Shown here one piece after another: positions 9,973 to 21,112 of a stretch of DNA of 64,000 nucleotides. Position numbers and translations under genes: made by a program. The notes under the pieces are model-generated. The model worked only from the letters and a program-made list of their open reading frames with translations. It searched no databases and was not told the origin of the DNA. Source of the stretch: Andalucia godoyi And28. Its lineage: Eukaryota; Protista; Jakobida. The stretch lies in contig VRVR01000022.1 of the NCBI GenBank assembly GCA_009859145.1, positions 274,857-338,856 of the forward strand. The letters run 5' to 3'. Every line of letters begins with the position of its first letter. The stretch's first letter is position 1.

Positions 9973-10722
9973 TTACGCAGTTTTTCTCATTGGTGGGGAT
10001 GCAAAGCGTCTTCTGACGTCCCTGAGTTCCGCATCCGTGGCTGGACCAAACGATCCAGAGGATTCCCGAACCCAAATAGCGCGGTCTGTCTGCGTGGCCG
10101 TTGGCGAAACATCGACGAATCGGTAGCGAACACGCGGAGTCATGTCATTCTTGCAGAGTGCCGTTGCAAACTGGTCCTCATACGGCACGAGCGGCTTCCC
10201 GCGGATCGCAGCCAGCTGATCCTCGACAGCAGTCGCAGCCGACTCGGGCGCCGCAAGATCCTCGTCGCCGACAATGTACATGCGACCCGGAGTCTTCAGT
10301 CCAGCAACCTCCTTCTCCATCCTCTCCTTGTCGTCCGAGACAGCACCAGCACCACCCTTCTTGGCTGTGCGCTCCTGGTACTTTGCGACAAACCGGACAT
10401 TCGTGATTGACTCTGCAACATCAAGCGGCGTCTCCACAGGAGAAAACGGCGATTTTGCAATTGCGAGAATTCCTTGGATACGGGCTACAGAGCATCCAAA
10501 CTTTTGAGAAAGTGCAGTCAGTGAGTTCACGGCCGGGTTTGATGCGTGAAGCTGGACAATCTCAGCTCGAGCTGCCGGAGAAAGCATGACAATTGTCTCG
10601 GCATTATTCACAGACGATGCCGAGGCCGATGCCGACGATGATGACGATGACTTGGACGACTTGTCTGCAGATGACGACGACGGGCGCGTCGCGGCAAAAC
10701 GAACCAATAGCCGACGAAACAT
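9973..10722 (-). CDS. Mitoribosomal protein mS45 (Bot1/MRPS35-like)
   Basis: Presequence-like MFRRLLVRFAATRP. Bot1-type helix-turn-helix LSPAARAEIVQLH...LSQKFGCSVARIQGIL. C-terminal RFVDVS...IWVRESSGSFGPAT motif. Confidence 0.7.
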   Translation of the reverse strand: MFRRLLVRFAATRPSSSSADKSSKSSSSSSASASASSVNNAETIVMLSPAARAEIVQLHASNPAVNSLTALSQKFGCSVARIQGILAIAKSPFSPVETPLDVAESITNVRFVAKYQERTAKKGGAGAVSDDKERMEKEVAGLKTPGRMYIVGDEDLAAPESAATAVEDQLAAIRGKPLVPYEDQFATALCKNDMTPRVRYRFVDVSPTATQTDRAIWVRESSGSFGPATDAELRDVRRRFASPPMRKTA

Positions 10723-10963
10723 GGCTCCTCGGGGATGAAACTCAGCTTCTTCTTTTAATGTCTAATACTTTAATTAAAAAAAAAATGAATTTAAAAATGA
10801 ATTTAAAAAGAAATTTCTAAAAATTAAAAATTAAAAAAAAGAAAAAGTAATAATGGCGTCTCCAATCCATCTTGGAAACAGAAAAAGGGCGATAAAGTAC
10901 GTAAGGTGATCATGCGCATGTCAGCCTTTCTGTGGGATACGCATTTTTACGTTACTTAATTGC

Positions 10964-13900
10964 TCATGGTACGCGACCGGACTCGATCATTTCTGCATAT
11001 TCGCGAGATTGCAAAAAGAGAGGGAACATGGACTGCTCCATGTCGCGTCGGACCTCTTCCACAGCCGAATCAAAAAGATTACGAGGAGGATTGCTGGACG
11101 ACGCTTGGTACAATGATAAGATGTGTCGCCGGGTGGCTTCGTTGATGTTGATCGTATCGAACGAGTCGAGGGAGATGAATCTTTCAATGATCACACGAGA
11201 CTTCAGCGCAGACCGGGGTACAGCGCTCTCTTGCTGGAACTCGCGGACAGAATTGTAAAAGTTCAAACCATCCGGATCAAAATTGTTCTCCACAAAAGAC
11301 TGGAAATACTGACACATGTGGCGATCATTCAAAATCATTAGCAACGCCGATGCAGAGGACTTCGCATTGGCGGACGATGACGAGCGAGCATTCGACGCCG
11401 ATGACGAATGGTGATGATTAGCGTGCTGCAGCTGTTTCAACGGCACTACCGCTTCCTCTTCGTCGTCATCCAGCACAATCTCAATCTCATTCTTGTTCGC
11501 TTCCTGCGACGACCGACTCTGCGACGTCGGGGCAGCACGCTGAGGCGCTGCGGCCTCAACAGAGGCTTCCTCTTCATCATCATCCGGATTGAATTTGTAC
11601 GCCGGAGGAGCAACTACAGAAGAGGTCAAAGATGGGGTTGGCTGTTGTGGCGACGGCGGATGCTGAGTTGACACGGGCAGGTCGCGCTTCTCCAGGTTGA
11701 GACGTAGCAGCTTCTCTGAAATCTCCCTTTGGAAGGGAGAAGCCGAAGAGGAACTGTTGGATGCGCTAGGAGACCCAGGAGACAGTGGCTGGTTCGCGTG
11801 AGAGCGAGGACGGGGCATGCGCTCTTGAGATTTCGAGAACGATCGCTCGCGCTTCACGCGCGCAGATACTGCTGCCACGCGCGGTGCCAAAGCCTTTGGA
11901 GACTCTGCGGCGCCGTCGGACAACAAATTCGGGGATACAGGTCGGAGCGAGACTGCCTCCTTGGGAATTGCAGACGACAAATTCGGGTCGTCAAACTCAC
12001 GAGACAGGAATAACACGGCAGCCTGCAGAGCATCCACCGTCGGTTCGAGCATTTCCGAAAACAAGACGGCTCCATCTTCCACAACCGCATCATCAGAATC
12101 GCGAGGAAGAGCAACCTGCAAAAGAAGCAAGGCGCTGGCGCGAACGCGCTCCGCAGACGATGCGTATCGGCTGCACCAGCTCCAGAACTGCTGATCCAAC
12201 CGGGAGAGCAAAGGCCGGAATGCAACAACAAGAGTTGGCCGGTATGCTTCGCCCATCGATTCAAGCAGCGAGCGTGTCCATCTGAACAGCATCTCGAGCT
12301 GCAAGGAGCGCTGGTCAAAGATCGGAGAACGAGCACCGAGGGGCGGCAAAATGACTCCGAGAATTTGTCCGATGTACAGCCACATAGGAGACGAGGCGTC
12401 ATCCCCCAGAAGACTCATAATAGCGGAAGCCAAGCGCTTCGAGAAAGTCTGCGATGACAAGCGACTGGCTGGATCCTGCGAAGCAAATGCCCGCAGAGCC
12501 TTGATTGCTGAGAACCAGCCATCAACGATGTCTGGCGACAGCCCATCAATCGTCCCTTGATGCTGCTCCATGGCAAATGCAACATCCAGGCATACGCCCT
12601 CAACATCTTTTCTATTCCCAAGAGACAGTCGAAGAATTGATGGCGTCAGGGCAATCAACGTTGTAACATACTGGAAGACCGTGGGATGAATGGATGCACA
12701 GGAAGACGGGACCACCTGGACATACCGAGGAGAAAATGCTTGCGCAAAGGTTACGAGTAGCCGGAGTGCCAGAGGCTCGCATTCATTTCCGACATCCGCC
12801 AATGCCGGAAGAAGAAGCGGCTGGATTCCATCAAACAAGGACGTTGCTGCGCTTGACGATCCCAGAGAACATACGGGCACTTTCCAGTCCGCGACCAAGT
12901 CGATTCCATTCGGTCGATTCATGTTGAAGAATGTTTCGAAACAGATAGAATCCTGTGCAATCGTGTCGAGCAGGGGAATTGCGCTGCGATACAAGAGCTG
13001 AGAAGCAGTGACCTGCGACGGCTGCTGGGAACGCTTGACGACGGAATGCACAAAAGAACGCATTAGAGCAATCGAGGAGGAGAGCATTGCAGGGCTTTCA
13101 TGCAACACGTTACGCTTGGAAAGGTCCTGTGCTGCCGCGGTAAGAACGCGCGCACACTCAATGGCTCTTAGGAGGGAGGGAGCAAAGGCAGACTCACTCG
13201 TACCCAGCGCAAGAATCTTCCAGAGCAGCCTGCGCTTCGTGGTGGAGCGAGGTTTCGCACGCTCCGCTTTTCGCAAGGACCGCTCTGCCGCTTGAATCGC
13301 CCGAAGCAGGTGCGTCTGCACCAAGAACAGCACTCGGGAATTCATCGGTCTCAAGACCGAACGAAAGACTGCCAGCGCCTTCAAACAGATGCGATGATGC
13401 GCATGCACGGCATGATCTGGAAGAACGACACGCGATGAGGATGGGAAAGCAAACTGCAGGGACTCATGCCCCAGCAGCTCCACAAAGTACGGAGACACTG
13501 ACTGGGAACTTCCAGACATCGTCTGGACCAGCACTCTGACAAACTCGTCTACAAACACCACGGGGCCCTTGGACGGATCCACTTCGCTACTCGACCATGC
13601 GAACCGGACGTTCGGCTGCTGCAGCAGGAAAGCATACGATCGTAAAGCCGTTGCACGACTTGCTTCTGACCCTTGAAATTCCGACGCTTGCGCCATCATT
13701 ACATTGCTGAGGAACATCCGAACCTGGCTGGCATCAATATGTCGGTCGTCCGCGTGGATAAGCGCAAACAAGATGCACACATGAAGACGTTTCTGCAAGG
13801 CCGCAAAGTGATTCGTATCGCAAGCGAGATCCACAAGAGTCTGGAGGACAACCGCACAGCGACATCTCCAGTGCTGAAGAGCCTGATCAACAGAATCAAT

Positions 13901-16900
13901 ATGTCTGCGGCGTGCCGCTGCCACAAAGTTCTTCACGAACTCCGCACGATTCGGCTTTTCAGAGACAACAACGGCAGCCTGCGATGCAGATGATGATGAA
14001 GCTTCTGCTTCAGCACCAGCAGCACTGTTTGTCTCGGCTTTTTCATCCTTGATGACTGCAGCCTGAGCAGCATTTTCAACATCCGCCACAGAGCTCAGAG
14101 ACGCTGCCGCTGCTTCAGTCTGCGCCTCGGACTCTGCTGCATGAGCAACCAACTCTGGAGCACTGCAGACCTCGGACGGCTTTTCAGTTTCGAATTGCTC
14201 CTTGTACGCAGCAGCAGCCTGTTCACGAGCAATGACCTTGCTGAAGTCTCCAATGCATTCGCGGTAGCGCTCCGCGCTGAGTTCATAAACAAGTGGCAGC
14301 ACAACTGCGTCCGCATGCTGGTGATACAAGAACGCAAGAATCTCCGCAGCAAGTGCTTTTCCACTCTTCTGCATTGCATCATTATCGTTCGCAAACTCCA
14401 AACCTGCGGAGACATCGACGAGAATGGACACAACACGAGGAAGATTGACCTGCTCCTCATCCTCCGCCAGAGGGGCTTCAGCAAACGACTGCCACATCTT
14501 TCGCACTTCGCTGGCGGCTCCATTGACCGAAAAGAAAGTTGTGCTCACCGACAACAACGTAGTGACCATGTAGGTCGAGTCCTTCGCGTATGTCGACAAT
14601 CCAATGTTCCCAAGCCACGGGGTGACGATAGGAATCATCCACGCACAGGGTTTGCGGGATTCGATCATTCGCATAAAAGCGTCCTTCACAATGGTCAGCG
14701 ACAACGGCTTCAGCTTCAAGTTCGATGCCAGCAATCGAGACACCAGAGAGGCGTGCTTTCGTACAGACTCGATATGTCCAGAGGAGAACACCAGACGGAA
14801 ATACTGGAGATCGTCCAGCAGGGTAGCAGCACGGAAGATCTTCACGACAATGCACAACGATTCGTAAGCAGCCAGGTGAATCTCTCGCGCCTCATGATTC
14901 AAGAACCACAAGAGCAAGACAATCACCGAAGACAACACATCATCGGATAAATGAATACGACTCTCAAGGGCACCAATGTCAATTTCTGGGAAAGCGACGT
15001 ATGTGTTTTGTGTGAACGCAAGAATGAGGTCGTGCACTTGACGATGCTCGTCTAGACCACTCAGCGGGGCCGGAGGTGCATTTCCAAGCGTGGACTCAAA
15101 GCCAGAGGCATCAAACTTTGCGGGAACAAATACTCGGGACAGAGCTCGAAGCAAGGCACACCGATGAGCTTCTTCCTCAGCAGTTGAATCCTTGTCCAAA
15201 GAGTCGTACATGACCTTGAGCAACTGGTGCAGCAAGATGGCAGAGTTGTTATTCAGAATCAAGGCGTCAATCACATGATACCTCAAATATTCCAAATCGA
15301 TCCACTGATCCAGCTTTTCGTTGCTCTCCTCTAAAATACGACCAAAATGCGGGACAATAGAAAGAGCAATATGCGCCTCCTTCACAATAGCAGACGCCAG
15401 CACGTCCATAGTAGACAACGTCGATTGTTTGACAGCAGCGTCCTTTTCTTTGGACTGTACGAGCGTCGCCGCCTGCGAGCACCGCGGATCAAAAGGAGAA
15501 GCCTGTCGAATCCGGCCGATCGGCAACAGCATCTGCACAAGAAGACGTCGAAGCTCCACAGTGGACTCGGGAAGCACAGACAAAACCTGCTCCAACGACA
15601 CAATCAAATCAAAAGCTGACACCAATTCGACTACCGCAGTAGCAGCATACTTGGACACCGGGCCACGGTGAAACGACGAAATGCGACCGACGTCCTCAAA
15701 GGTGATTGCTGTTAATCTCTGCCAACTCTGAAGAATCATTCGCAGGGCGGCGTCGGCGTTGGACGGCAAAACGTTGAACGCCACATCGCGCATGACCGGG
15801 AGAGAGAGCAACACGAGGCGATCGCCGTTCTTCTTGCGCATCTTGGACAGCGATTGAACTGAAGACTGCGGTACAGACTTGATCACAGGAGTCGATGATC
15901 CTCCACGCTCCTCGCGAATACCAAACAGGCGCTGCAAAACAGACAGCGACAGCGACGAATGAGTAGATGCCAATGCAAACGAAGCGGCGTAACGCACCCA
16001 AGTGACATCAGCAGTAAGCAGCGGTAGCACTGTTTCCACCAGGGAATCAAAGAACGCAGATTCCGGAACAGAATCTGCTCCAGCCCGTTCGGCTGTGGTC
16101 TTCGATCCAGGGGCTTCCTCGACTTGGTCTGAGAACGAGACATGCTTGCGTGAGTCTGACGAGGAAAGAGGGGTGCCCGGCGCTGCCGCTTCCGGTTCCG
16201 TCTTCTCTTGGACGGGAGTCGATCGCTGAACAGAGGTCGAAGAGAATAAAAAGCAAAGCCCCCAAAAGAACATCAAGGCGTAATGAGACCCAAAAATACC
16301 TTTTGCCTTATTCTGCTTTTCCGATTTCTGCAATTGCTCTTCGCTCAAAGGCACTTCTGGTAGCAACGCAAGGCGTTTCAAGACTCGATCACGAGCCAAT
16401 CTGGCGATATCGACCTTGACATCACACAACAGTTCACGAAGAACGTACCCATATAGCAAAGTGTTGTCAGTATCCAATGCAGCAAACAGCGGAGCTGGCT
16501 CTGATTCCATTTGGTCCTGCAGAACCTTGAAGTACGGGTCGGCGACTGCATTCACACGATACGCATTTTGAAGCTCCGGCGTAGAATGCACGACAATCGG
16601 ACGGTCAACGACGATTCTATTGTTTGCATCATCGATCAGACACTTGTTGAACGCACGAAGAACAAGTTCCTTCTGCCACTCCGATTCTAGTTTCACGGGC
16701 AGCCGCTGGCGGACCTGAGAACTGGCCATGGCTGCTACTTGCTCCAGAACACGAAGGGCGAGACGTCGTACGACACCAGAGTGATGTGCGAGGAACGGCA
16801 AGCAAGACCCGTAAATCTTGTCAACCAAAGCATCAGAAGGCCCATTTGTTGATGAATAGTCCGATGAGCGATGCCAGAGGTTCAGAAAACACAGAACGTT

Positions 16901-19324
16901 GTCCAGCAAGGTAGAGACGCAGGATTCGGAAGCATATGCGTCGTTCTGAAGCAGAAGCACCGTTTGTTCCACAATAGTCGAACGCTGCTGTGACGAATTT
17001 TTCGCAACAAGAGATTGGAGAGCGTGGGACGTTGCAATCGCAAAAAGCGTCTCAAAATGAACCAAAAACCGTCCGAGAAATTCTCCCCTCTCGAACAGCA
17101 TCGAGTCTGGAGTGTGGACAGCGGAAAGGCAGCGAACTGCTTCCACATAAATTCGCAGATACCGCAGCTTGTCTTTGGTAATGCTGCCACGCAAAACATT
17201 GGCTTGTACTTGTTTTGCGCGGTCAGAACGAGAAAGGGTTTGTTCTGGCACGCGAGCGTCGTACTGATAGATATCTTTGACGAACTTCTGCTGTGCCTTG
17301 AAATACGAAGATCGGTCTTCGAGGCTGTCCGTCGTAGAAATCGGCATTCGTTTCTTCCCTTCCGAGCCGAATGCCACGTTCTCCCATACCGATACGACAT
17401 TTTCCAAGGACGCATGGTCAGAAACTGCCCTGGAGTTCTTCACATGAAACTCAATCTTCAAATCCTCATCTTCCTCCGCACTGGCTGCAGAAGACGGAAT
17501 GCTTTCCGATGATTCTTCTTTTTCCGAGCGCTCGGCAAACATACGAAGCGCCTCGGTTTCAAAGGAATCCGATTGATAGTAGGTTACGGGCACGTACTCG
17601 GGAACAACAGACACTCCCGAGTTCCATCCACCAATCTCACGATCGCACAGCGGCAACAAAAACACCACGGCCGTTGAAAGCAGCCCTTTCAAACTTTCAG
17701 TGGCCTCGACGCTGAAGCTCATCAAATGGTCCACAACACGGTTGTCTAGAACTGCTCGAAGAGCACGAATTCCAACTGCATATGCCTCGTGAGACTCCTT
17801 CGGCTTGTCCTTCGCAAGAAGCGTGTGAAACACTGTCTTGCCCAAGGGCAAGCTCTGCAGCGTGATCGTGACCAAAATGTCCACGTACAATCCGTGATGC
17901 AGAAGTGAATCAAACAATGATTTCTTGCCAACAAACAGAAGGTCAATAAACGTCGTCAATCGACTATCCAAGGAGTTCAAGTCATCATCATATCGACTGC
18001 GAAGACCAGCAAAAGAAGGAAAGCCCGAGTCGACTGCATCGTCATCACCCTCAGTGGATTCTCCATCCGACTCGACGTCTTCTGCGCCCAACTGCACACT
18101 TCCCGCGGGAGCTGCACCGGAAGCTGCAGGCTTCTGGAACATAGAGTTACGTCGACCCTTGACGAACGAATTTCGAGGAGCAACAACGTTTGGTGAAGGC
18201 AACGAGGAGCCGTCGTCTGCAGAGGCGGCGGCTGAGGACGAATACACGACACTCTCCAGCGAATTCTTATCAAGAGTCACAGACAATGCCAAATACGATG
18301 GCAATTTATCATTGGACACGTGCCTGCCCCGCAAAAACGTAAGAATGCCTTCCAAGACAGCCGCCATTTGCTTCTTTGAACCATAGTACGAAGATACGGA
18401 TTTTTTGAACAAAAGGAAGAGGCGCTCAAATTCTGTGCGCGGAGCATGCGCCAAGCAAACAGCCATGATTTGCAGACCCATTTCCAGAGTGTCGTCTGAC
18501 TTGATCCATTTTGCGGCAAGAGTGGAGATCATGTTGAGGAGCACGTCATCCAGAAACACGCCCGGCTGCAAGCCGTTCACTGCTGAGAACATTGCGAATG
18601 CAAAAGGATGTCTGGTTTTCTTCGAAACGTCGATGCAGACAAGGCAGTTCCGGATGAAGGATGTCAGAGAAGAAGAGTCCTGTGCAGACATTATACGCAA
18701 ATCTACTCGGGAAATGATTTTGCAAGCCTTCAGCAGATCCACATCTCCAATTTGTTTGATGCTTCCTGGCTGGAACATTGCAGCCCACTTATCCAGAACG
18801 GCTGCAGAGGACCATCTCGACAAACCTTCCAGAAGCAAAACAAGAGATTCAGAATGCGTCGAATACATGCTGAATCCGAGATCAAGAATGCTTCGAACGA
18901 GCGAGGCAGGAATGTCAGCTGCAGGCGCTGCATGAGCGATAACAGCCAGTGTGTCAACTGCAACCCGCGACAAATACGATTTCACAATCATGGCATCATG
19001 CTGACCTTTTGAATCATAGTGTGGACATGACAGCAATGCAGCAGACACGAGAGGGCTTGAGACATCTGCAAACGTCAAATATGTTGCCGCAAATGTCGCC
19101 GGAGAGGCCTTTGCAGCGCTGGAGAGAGTTCGAAGATGCGTGAAGTAGCCTTTTGAAGACGGGAACGACTGCCAAAGCTGCGCATCAAAGACCTCTCTCG
19201 TGAGCTTCTTGTTCTTCTTATCTGGAACATATGGAACAGAGAGCAAGGTGTCCATTTCCCGGCTCAGAATAGAAAGCAGTGTCGCCGCCAACGACTGCGC
19301 GGTATGTGTAGCAAGCGTCGGCAT
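10964..19324 (-). CDS. FRY: Furry/Tao3/Mor2 (NDR-kinase scaffold) homolog with a C-terminal RGS domain
   Basis: About 2786-aa ORF (first ATG 19324). HEAT/ARM-like helical protein matching Furry N-terminal motifs (LDSRLTTFIDLLF, AVGIRALRAVLD, FLGRFLVHFE...ATSHALQSLV, LPFLAH...VRRLALRVLEQV). S/P-rich linker, then an RGS fold (ILNDRHMCQYFQSF...LNFYNSVREF...IIERFI...ININEATRRHI...NLFDSAVEEV...MFPLFLQSREY). Confidence 0.8.
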   Translation of the reverse strand: MPTLATHTAQSLAATLLSILSREMDTLLSVPYVPDKKNKKLTREVFDAQLWQSFPSSKGYFTHLRTLSSAAKASPATFAATYLTFADVSSPLVSAALLSCPHYDSKGQHDAMIVKSYLSRVAVDTLAVIAHAAPAADIPASLVRSILDLGFSMYSTHSESLVLLLEGLSRWSSAAVLDKWAAMFQPGSIKQIGDVDLLKACKIISRVDLRIMSAQDSSSLTSFIRNCLVCIDVSKKTRHPFAFAMFSAVNGLQPGVFLDDVLLNMISTLAAKWIKSDDTLEMGLQIMAVCLAHAPRTEFERLFLLFKKSVSSYYGSKKQMAAVLEGILTFLRGRHVSNDKLPSYLALSVTLDKNSLESVVYSSSAAASADDGSSLPSPNVVAPRNSFVKGRRNSMFQKPAASGAAPAGSVQLGAEDVESDGESTEGDDDAVDSGFPSFAGLRSRYDDDLNSLDSRLTTFIDLLFVGKKSLFDSLLHHGLYVDILVTITLQSLPLGKTVFHTLLAKDKPKESHEAYAVGIRALRAVLDNRVVDHLMSFSVEATESLKGLLSTAVVFLLPLCDREIGGWNSGVSVVPEYVPVTYYQSDSFETEALRMFAERSEKEESSESIPSSAASAEEDEDLKIEFHVKNSRAVSDHASLENVVSVWENVAFGSEGKKRMPISTTDSLEDRSSYFKAQQKFVKDIYQYDARVPEQTLSRSDRAKQVQANVLRGSITKDKLRYLRIYVEAVRCLSAVHTPDSMLFERGEFLGRFLVHFETLFAIATSHALQSLVAKNSSQQRSTIVEQTVLLLQNDAYASESCVSTLLDNVLCFLNLWHRSSDYSSTNGPSDALVDKIYGSCLPFLAHHSGVVRRLALRVLEQVAAMASSQVRQRLPVKLESEWQKELVLRAFNKCLIDDANNRIVVDRPIVVHSTPELQNAYRVNAVADPYFKVLQDQMESEPAPLFAALDTDNTLLYGYVLRELLCDVKVDIARLARDRVLKRLALLPEVPLSEEQLQKSEKQNKAKGIFGSHYALMFFWGLCFLFSSTSVQRSTPVQEKTEPEAAAPGTPLSSSDSRKHVSFSDQVEEAPGSKTTAERAGADSVPESAFFDSLVETVLPLLTADVTWVRYAASFALASTHSSLSLSVLQRLFGIREERGGSSTPVIKSVPQSSVQSLSKMRKKNGDRLVLLSLPVMRDVAFNVLPSNADAALRMILQSWQRLTAITFEDVGRISSFHRGPVSKYAATAVVELVSAFDLIVSLEQVLSVLPESTVELRRLLVQMLLPIGRIRQASPFDPRCSQAATLVQSKEKDAAVKQSTLSTMDVLASAIVKEAHIALSIVPHFGRILEESNEKLDQWIDLEYLRYHVIDALILNNNSAILLHQLLKVMYDSLDKDSTAEEEAHRCALLRALSRVFVPAKFDASGFESTLGNAPPAPLSGLDEHRQVHDLILAFTQNTYVAFPEIDIGALESRIHLSDDVLSSVIVLLLWFLNHEAREIHLAAYESLCIVVKIFRAATLLDDLQYFRLVFSSGHIESVRKHASLVSRLLASNLKLKPLSLTIVKDAFMRMIESRKPCAWMIPIVTPWLGNIGLSTYAKDSTYMVTTLLSVSTTFFSVNGAASEVRKMWQSFAEAPLAEDEEQVNLPRVVSILVDVSAGLEFANDNDAMQKSGKALAAEILAFLYHQHADAVVLPLVYELSAERYRECIGDFSKVIAREQAAAAYKEQFETEKPSEVCSAPELVAHAAESEAQTEAAAASLSSVADVENAAQAAVIKDEKAETNSAAGAEAEASSSSASQAAVVVSEKPNRAEFVKNFVAAARRRHIDSVDQALQHWRCRCAVVLQTLVDLACDTNHFAALQKRLHVCILFALIHADDRHIDASQVRMFLSNVMMAQASEFQGSEASRATALRSYAFLLQQPNVRFAWSSSEVDPSKGPVVFVDEFVRVLVQTMSGSSQSVSPYFVELLGHESLQFAFPSSSRVVLPDHAVHAHHRICLKALAVFRSVLRPMNSRVLFLVQTHLLRAIQAAERSLRKAERAKPRSTTKRRLLWKILALGTSESAFAPSLLRAIECARVLTAAAQDLSKRNVLHESPAMLSSSIALMRSFVHSVVKRSQQPSQVTASQLLYRSAIPLLDTIAQDSICFETFFNMNRPNGIDLVADWKVPVCSLGSSSAATSLFDGIQPLLLPALADVGNECEPLALRLLVTFAQAFSPRYVQVVPSSCASIHPTVFQYVTTLIALTPSILRLSLGNRKDVEGVCLDVAFAMEQHQGTIDGLSPDIVDGWFSAIKALRAFASQDPASRLSSQTFSKRLASAIMSLLGDDASSPMWLYIGQILGVILPPLGARSPIFDQRSLQLEMLFRWTRSLLESMGEAYRPTLVVAFRPLLSRLDQQFWSWCSRYASSAERVRASALLLLQVALPRDSDDAVVEDGAVLFSEMLEPTVDALQAAVLFLSREFDDPNLSSAIPKEAVSLRPVSPNLLSDGAAESPKALAPRVAAVSARVKRERSFSKSQERMPRPRSHANQPLSPGSPSASNSSSSASPFQREISEKLLRLNLEKRDLPVSTQHPPSPQQPTPSLTSSVVAPPAYKFNPDDDEEEASVEAAAPQRAAPTSQSRSSQEANKNEIEIVLDDDEEEAVVPLKQLQHANHHHSSSASNARSSSSANAKSSASALLMILNDRHMCQYFQSFVENNFDPDGLNFYNSVREFQQESAVPRSALKSRVIIERFISLDSFDTININEATRRHILSLYQASSSNPPRNLFDSAVEEVRRDMEQSMFPLFLQSREYAEMIESGRVP

Positions 19325-19652
19325 TCTAGATCTTTTCTCTGTGTCGCGCTCTTGACGTCTGACCAAAGACTAACCAACAAAAAAAGACGACGAGAAACTA
19401 GCCCACAGAAAAGAAAGAAAAAAGAGACGAAAAAGAGAAAGGGATGAAAATATTATTACGCAGAGGACGAAACTAACACTTTTAAAAAAAGAGACGAGAA
19501 GAAGTAGGAAGAAGAAGAAACAAATAGAAGATGAAAATGCAAAACAAAATAAAATACGATGAAAAGGAATACACATAAAACGAGAAAACCTTTTTGCCAA
19601 GCGAGAGGAAGACGATGTGGGGCAGCGGGGCCTTTCGTGGGAGCACGGTCGA

Positions 19653-20750
19653 CCGTTGAATAATAGCAACACGTCATTGTCATGCAACACGTTTTGTTTC
19701 ACAGGGAATTCGTGCTTACGCACGCTCGGCCAAAATTCAGCCGGTGACACAGGCTCTGCATTTTCGACACTCTTTAACGCAGCATCCGTGGCCATCTATT
19801 CTATCATTCGTTGGTTTCACTTTTTTGGTTTCACTTTTTTATTCAAATAGGGGCGTGGGTGCGCTGGGATGACGCATTCGCCTGCGCCTACGCCTACGCC
19901 GCTCGATACACGGCCTCCTAGGTCCCGCAGACCTCCTAAGAGACCACGTGTCACTACGCCTACCGCCTCTTCCTCTCGTGTCTCCAGTTGCGTCAATCGC
20001 TGCAACTGAGGACACGAAAGCGCCTGCTGCTAGGGCCGCCAGACTCAAAATGCACCCTTCTCAGGAACAACGTGTCACGCTGAGAAAGTGGCTCACAGAT
20101 TGATCGAGATTGAGGACGGAGCGCGGAACATCTATCTGAAGAGCGCCGTGAGCTGTGTTGGGGCCTATCCCCTTCGCGGCAACGGGATGCAAGGTTGAAT
20201 ATGCATGTCTACTCGTAGATATGCATGTTGAGTGTATAATGTAGGCGTTTTTGTGCATCAACATTGAACATCAAACAATGTCATATCTGCCCCTCTGTTC
20301 GGCCCCGATGTTCCTACCGTAGTCAAGTCTAGCATTTCTTGATTCTTCACTTTTTGCTGTTCTATTCTTGCTGAGCAAGCTGCGGATGATCATCAAATCA
20401 CGACGATGTGATCGCTTTGCGTTCGGAATGCGCTTTCAAGTCAGAGAACAAGAAGGAACAAAGGCAAAAAGCGTCGTCAGGCGCGATGGGCAACACCGCC
20501 GACCACATTCTGTTTCCTCCAACGTTTCAATTTTTGAATGTTGAATCGCTTGGGAAATATGCTGGCTGCAATGCCCGTCTGACGCAGAGCAATCTGCATT
20601 GAGGAGTTGGTGCTCGCCCCAAATATAAATAAATAAATAGATTTAAGAAACCCGTGTGGCTTGGATCTGCGTTTGGTGACAGCAAGCTAGCATCTTGGAT
20701 CGACCTGTCAGTGACAATTGATTCTACATGTCAGCGTAATTAAAAAAATG
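19653..20750 (-). repeat. Copy A of a dispersed degenerate element (probable decayed gene family)
   Basis: Blocks 19653-19812, 19959-20054 and 20195-20248 align with 40318-40810. Block 20315-20624 is 99% identical to 42410-42719. Motifs also occur at 44765-45145. Confidence 0.85.
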
Positions 20751-20935
20751 TAACTTGAGTCGCCAAAAGGAAATAAGCGGGGCAATCGGGACTCCCTCAA
20801 ACTAAAAACACAAAAAGAAAAAAGCAGAAAGGAAACCACAACAGGTTGATGCAAGGATCCCCTATGGCGGGAGGGAAGGAATCATTCACGGGGTTCTCTC
20901 GAGGCCCAGAAACCTCTCGTGCTTTCTTCTCTGCG

Positions 20936-21082
20936 GTATGCTTTCATTGACAATGATGATCTGGGTTGCCCGCTATCGTGTCTCATTTTGCCCTTGTCTT
21001 CTTTCTTCTTTCTTTCTTTTTTTTTCCGCTTCTTCTTCTTCTTCTTCTTCTTCTTCTTCTTCTTCTTCCTATTATTTGCCAG
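20936..21082 (+). other. Putative 5'-UTR intron upstream of the C2/CEP76-like gene
   Basis: GTATGC donor, long (TTC)n/poly-T tract, and TTTGCCAG acceptor 30 nt before the ATG at 21113. Confidence 0.35.
21029..21069 (+). repeat. (CTT)n microsatellite
   Basis: Direct reading. Confidence 0.9.
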
Positions 21083-21112
21083 TGCGATTGAGAGTAACCA
21101 TCAAACATTAGA

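Noticed and set aside
20408-20602. 64-aa ORF duplicated at 42503-42697 as a real gene
   Set aside because: GTG start, no motif, and conservation is explained by the 99% DNA identity. The frame is not kept in copy C.
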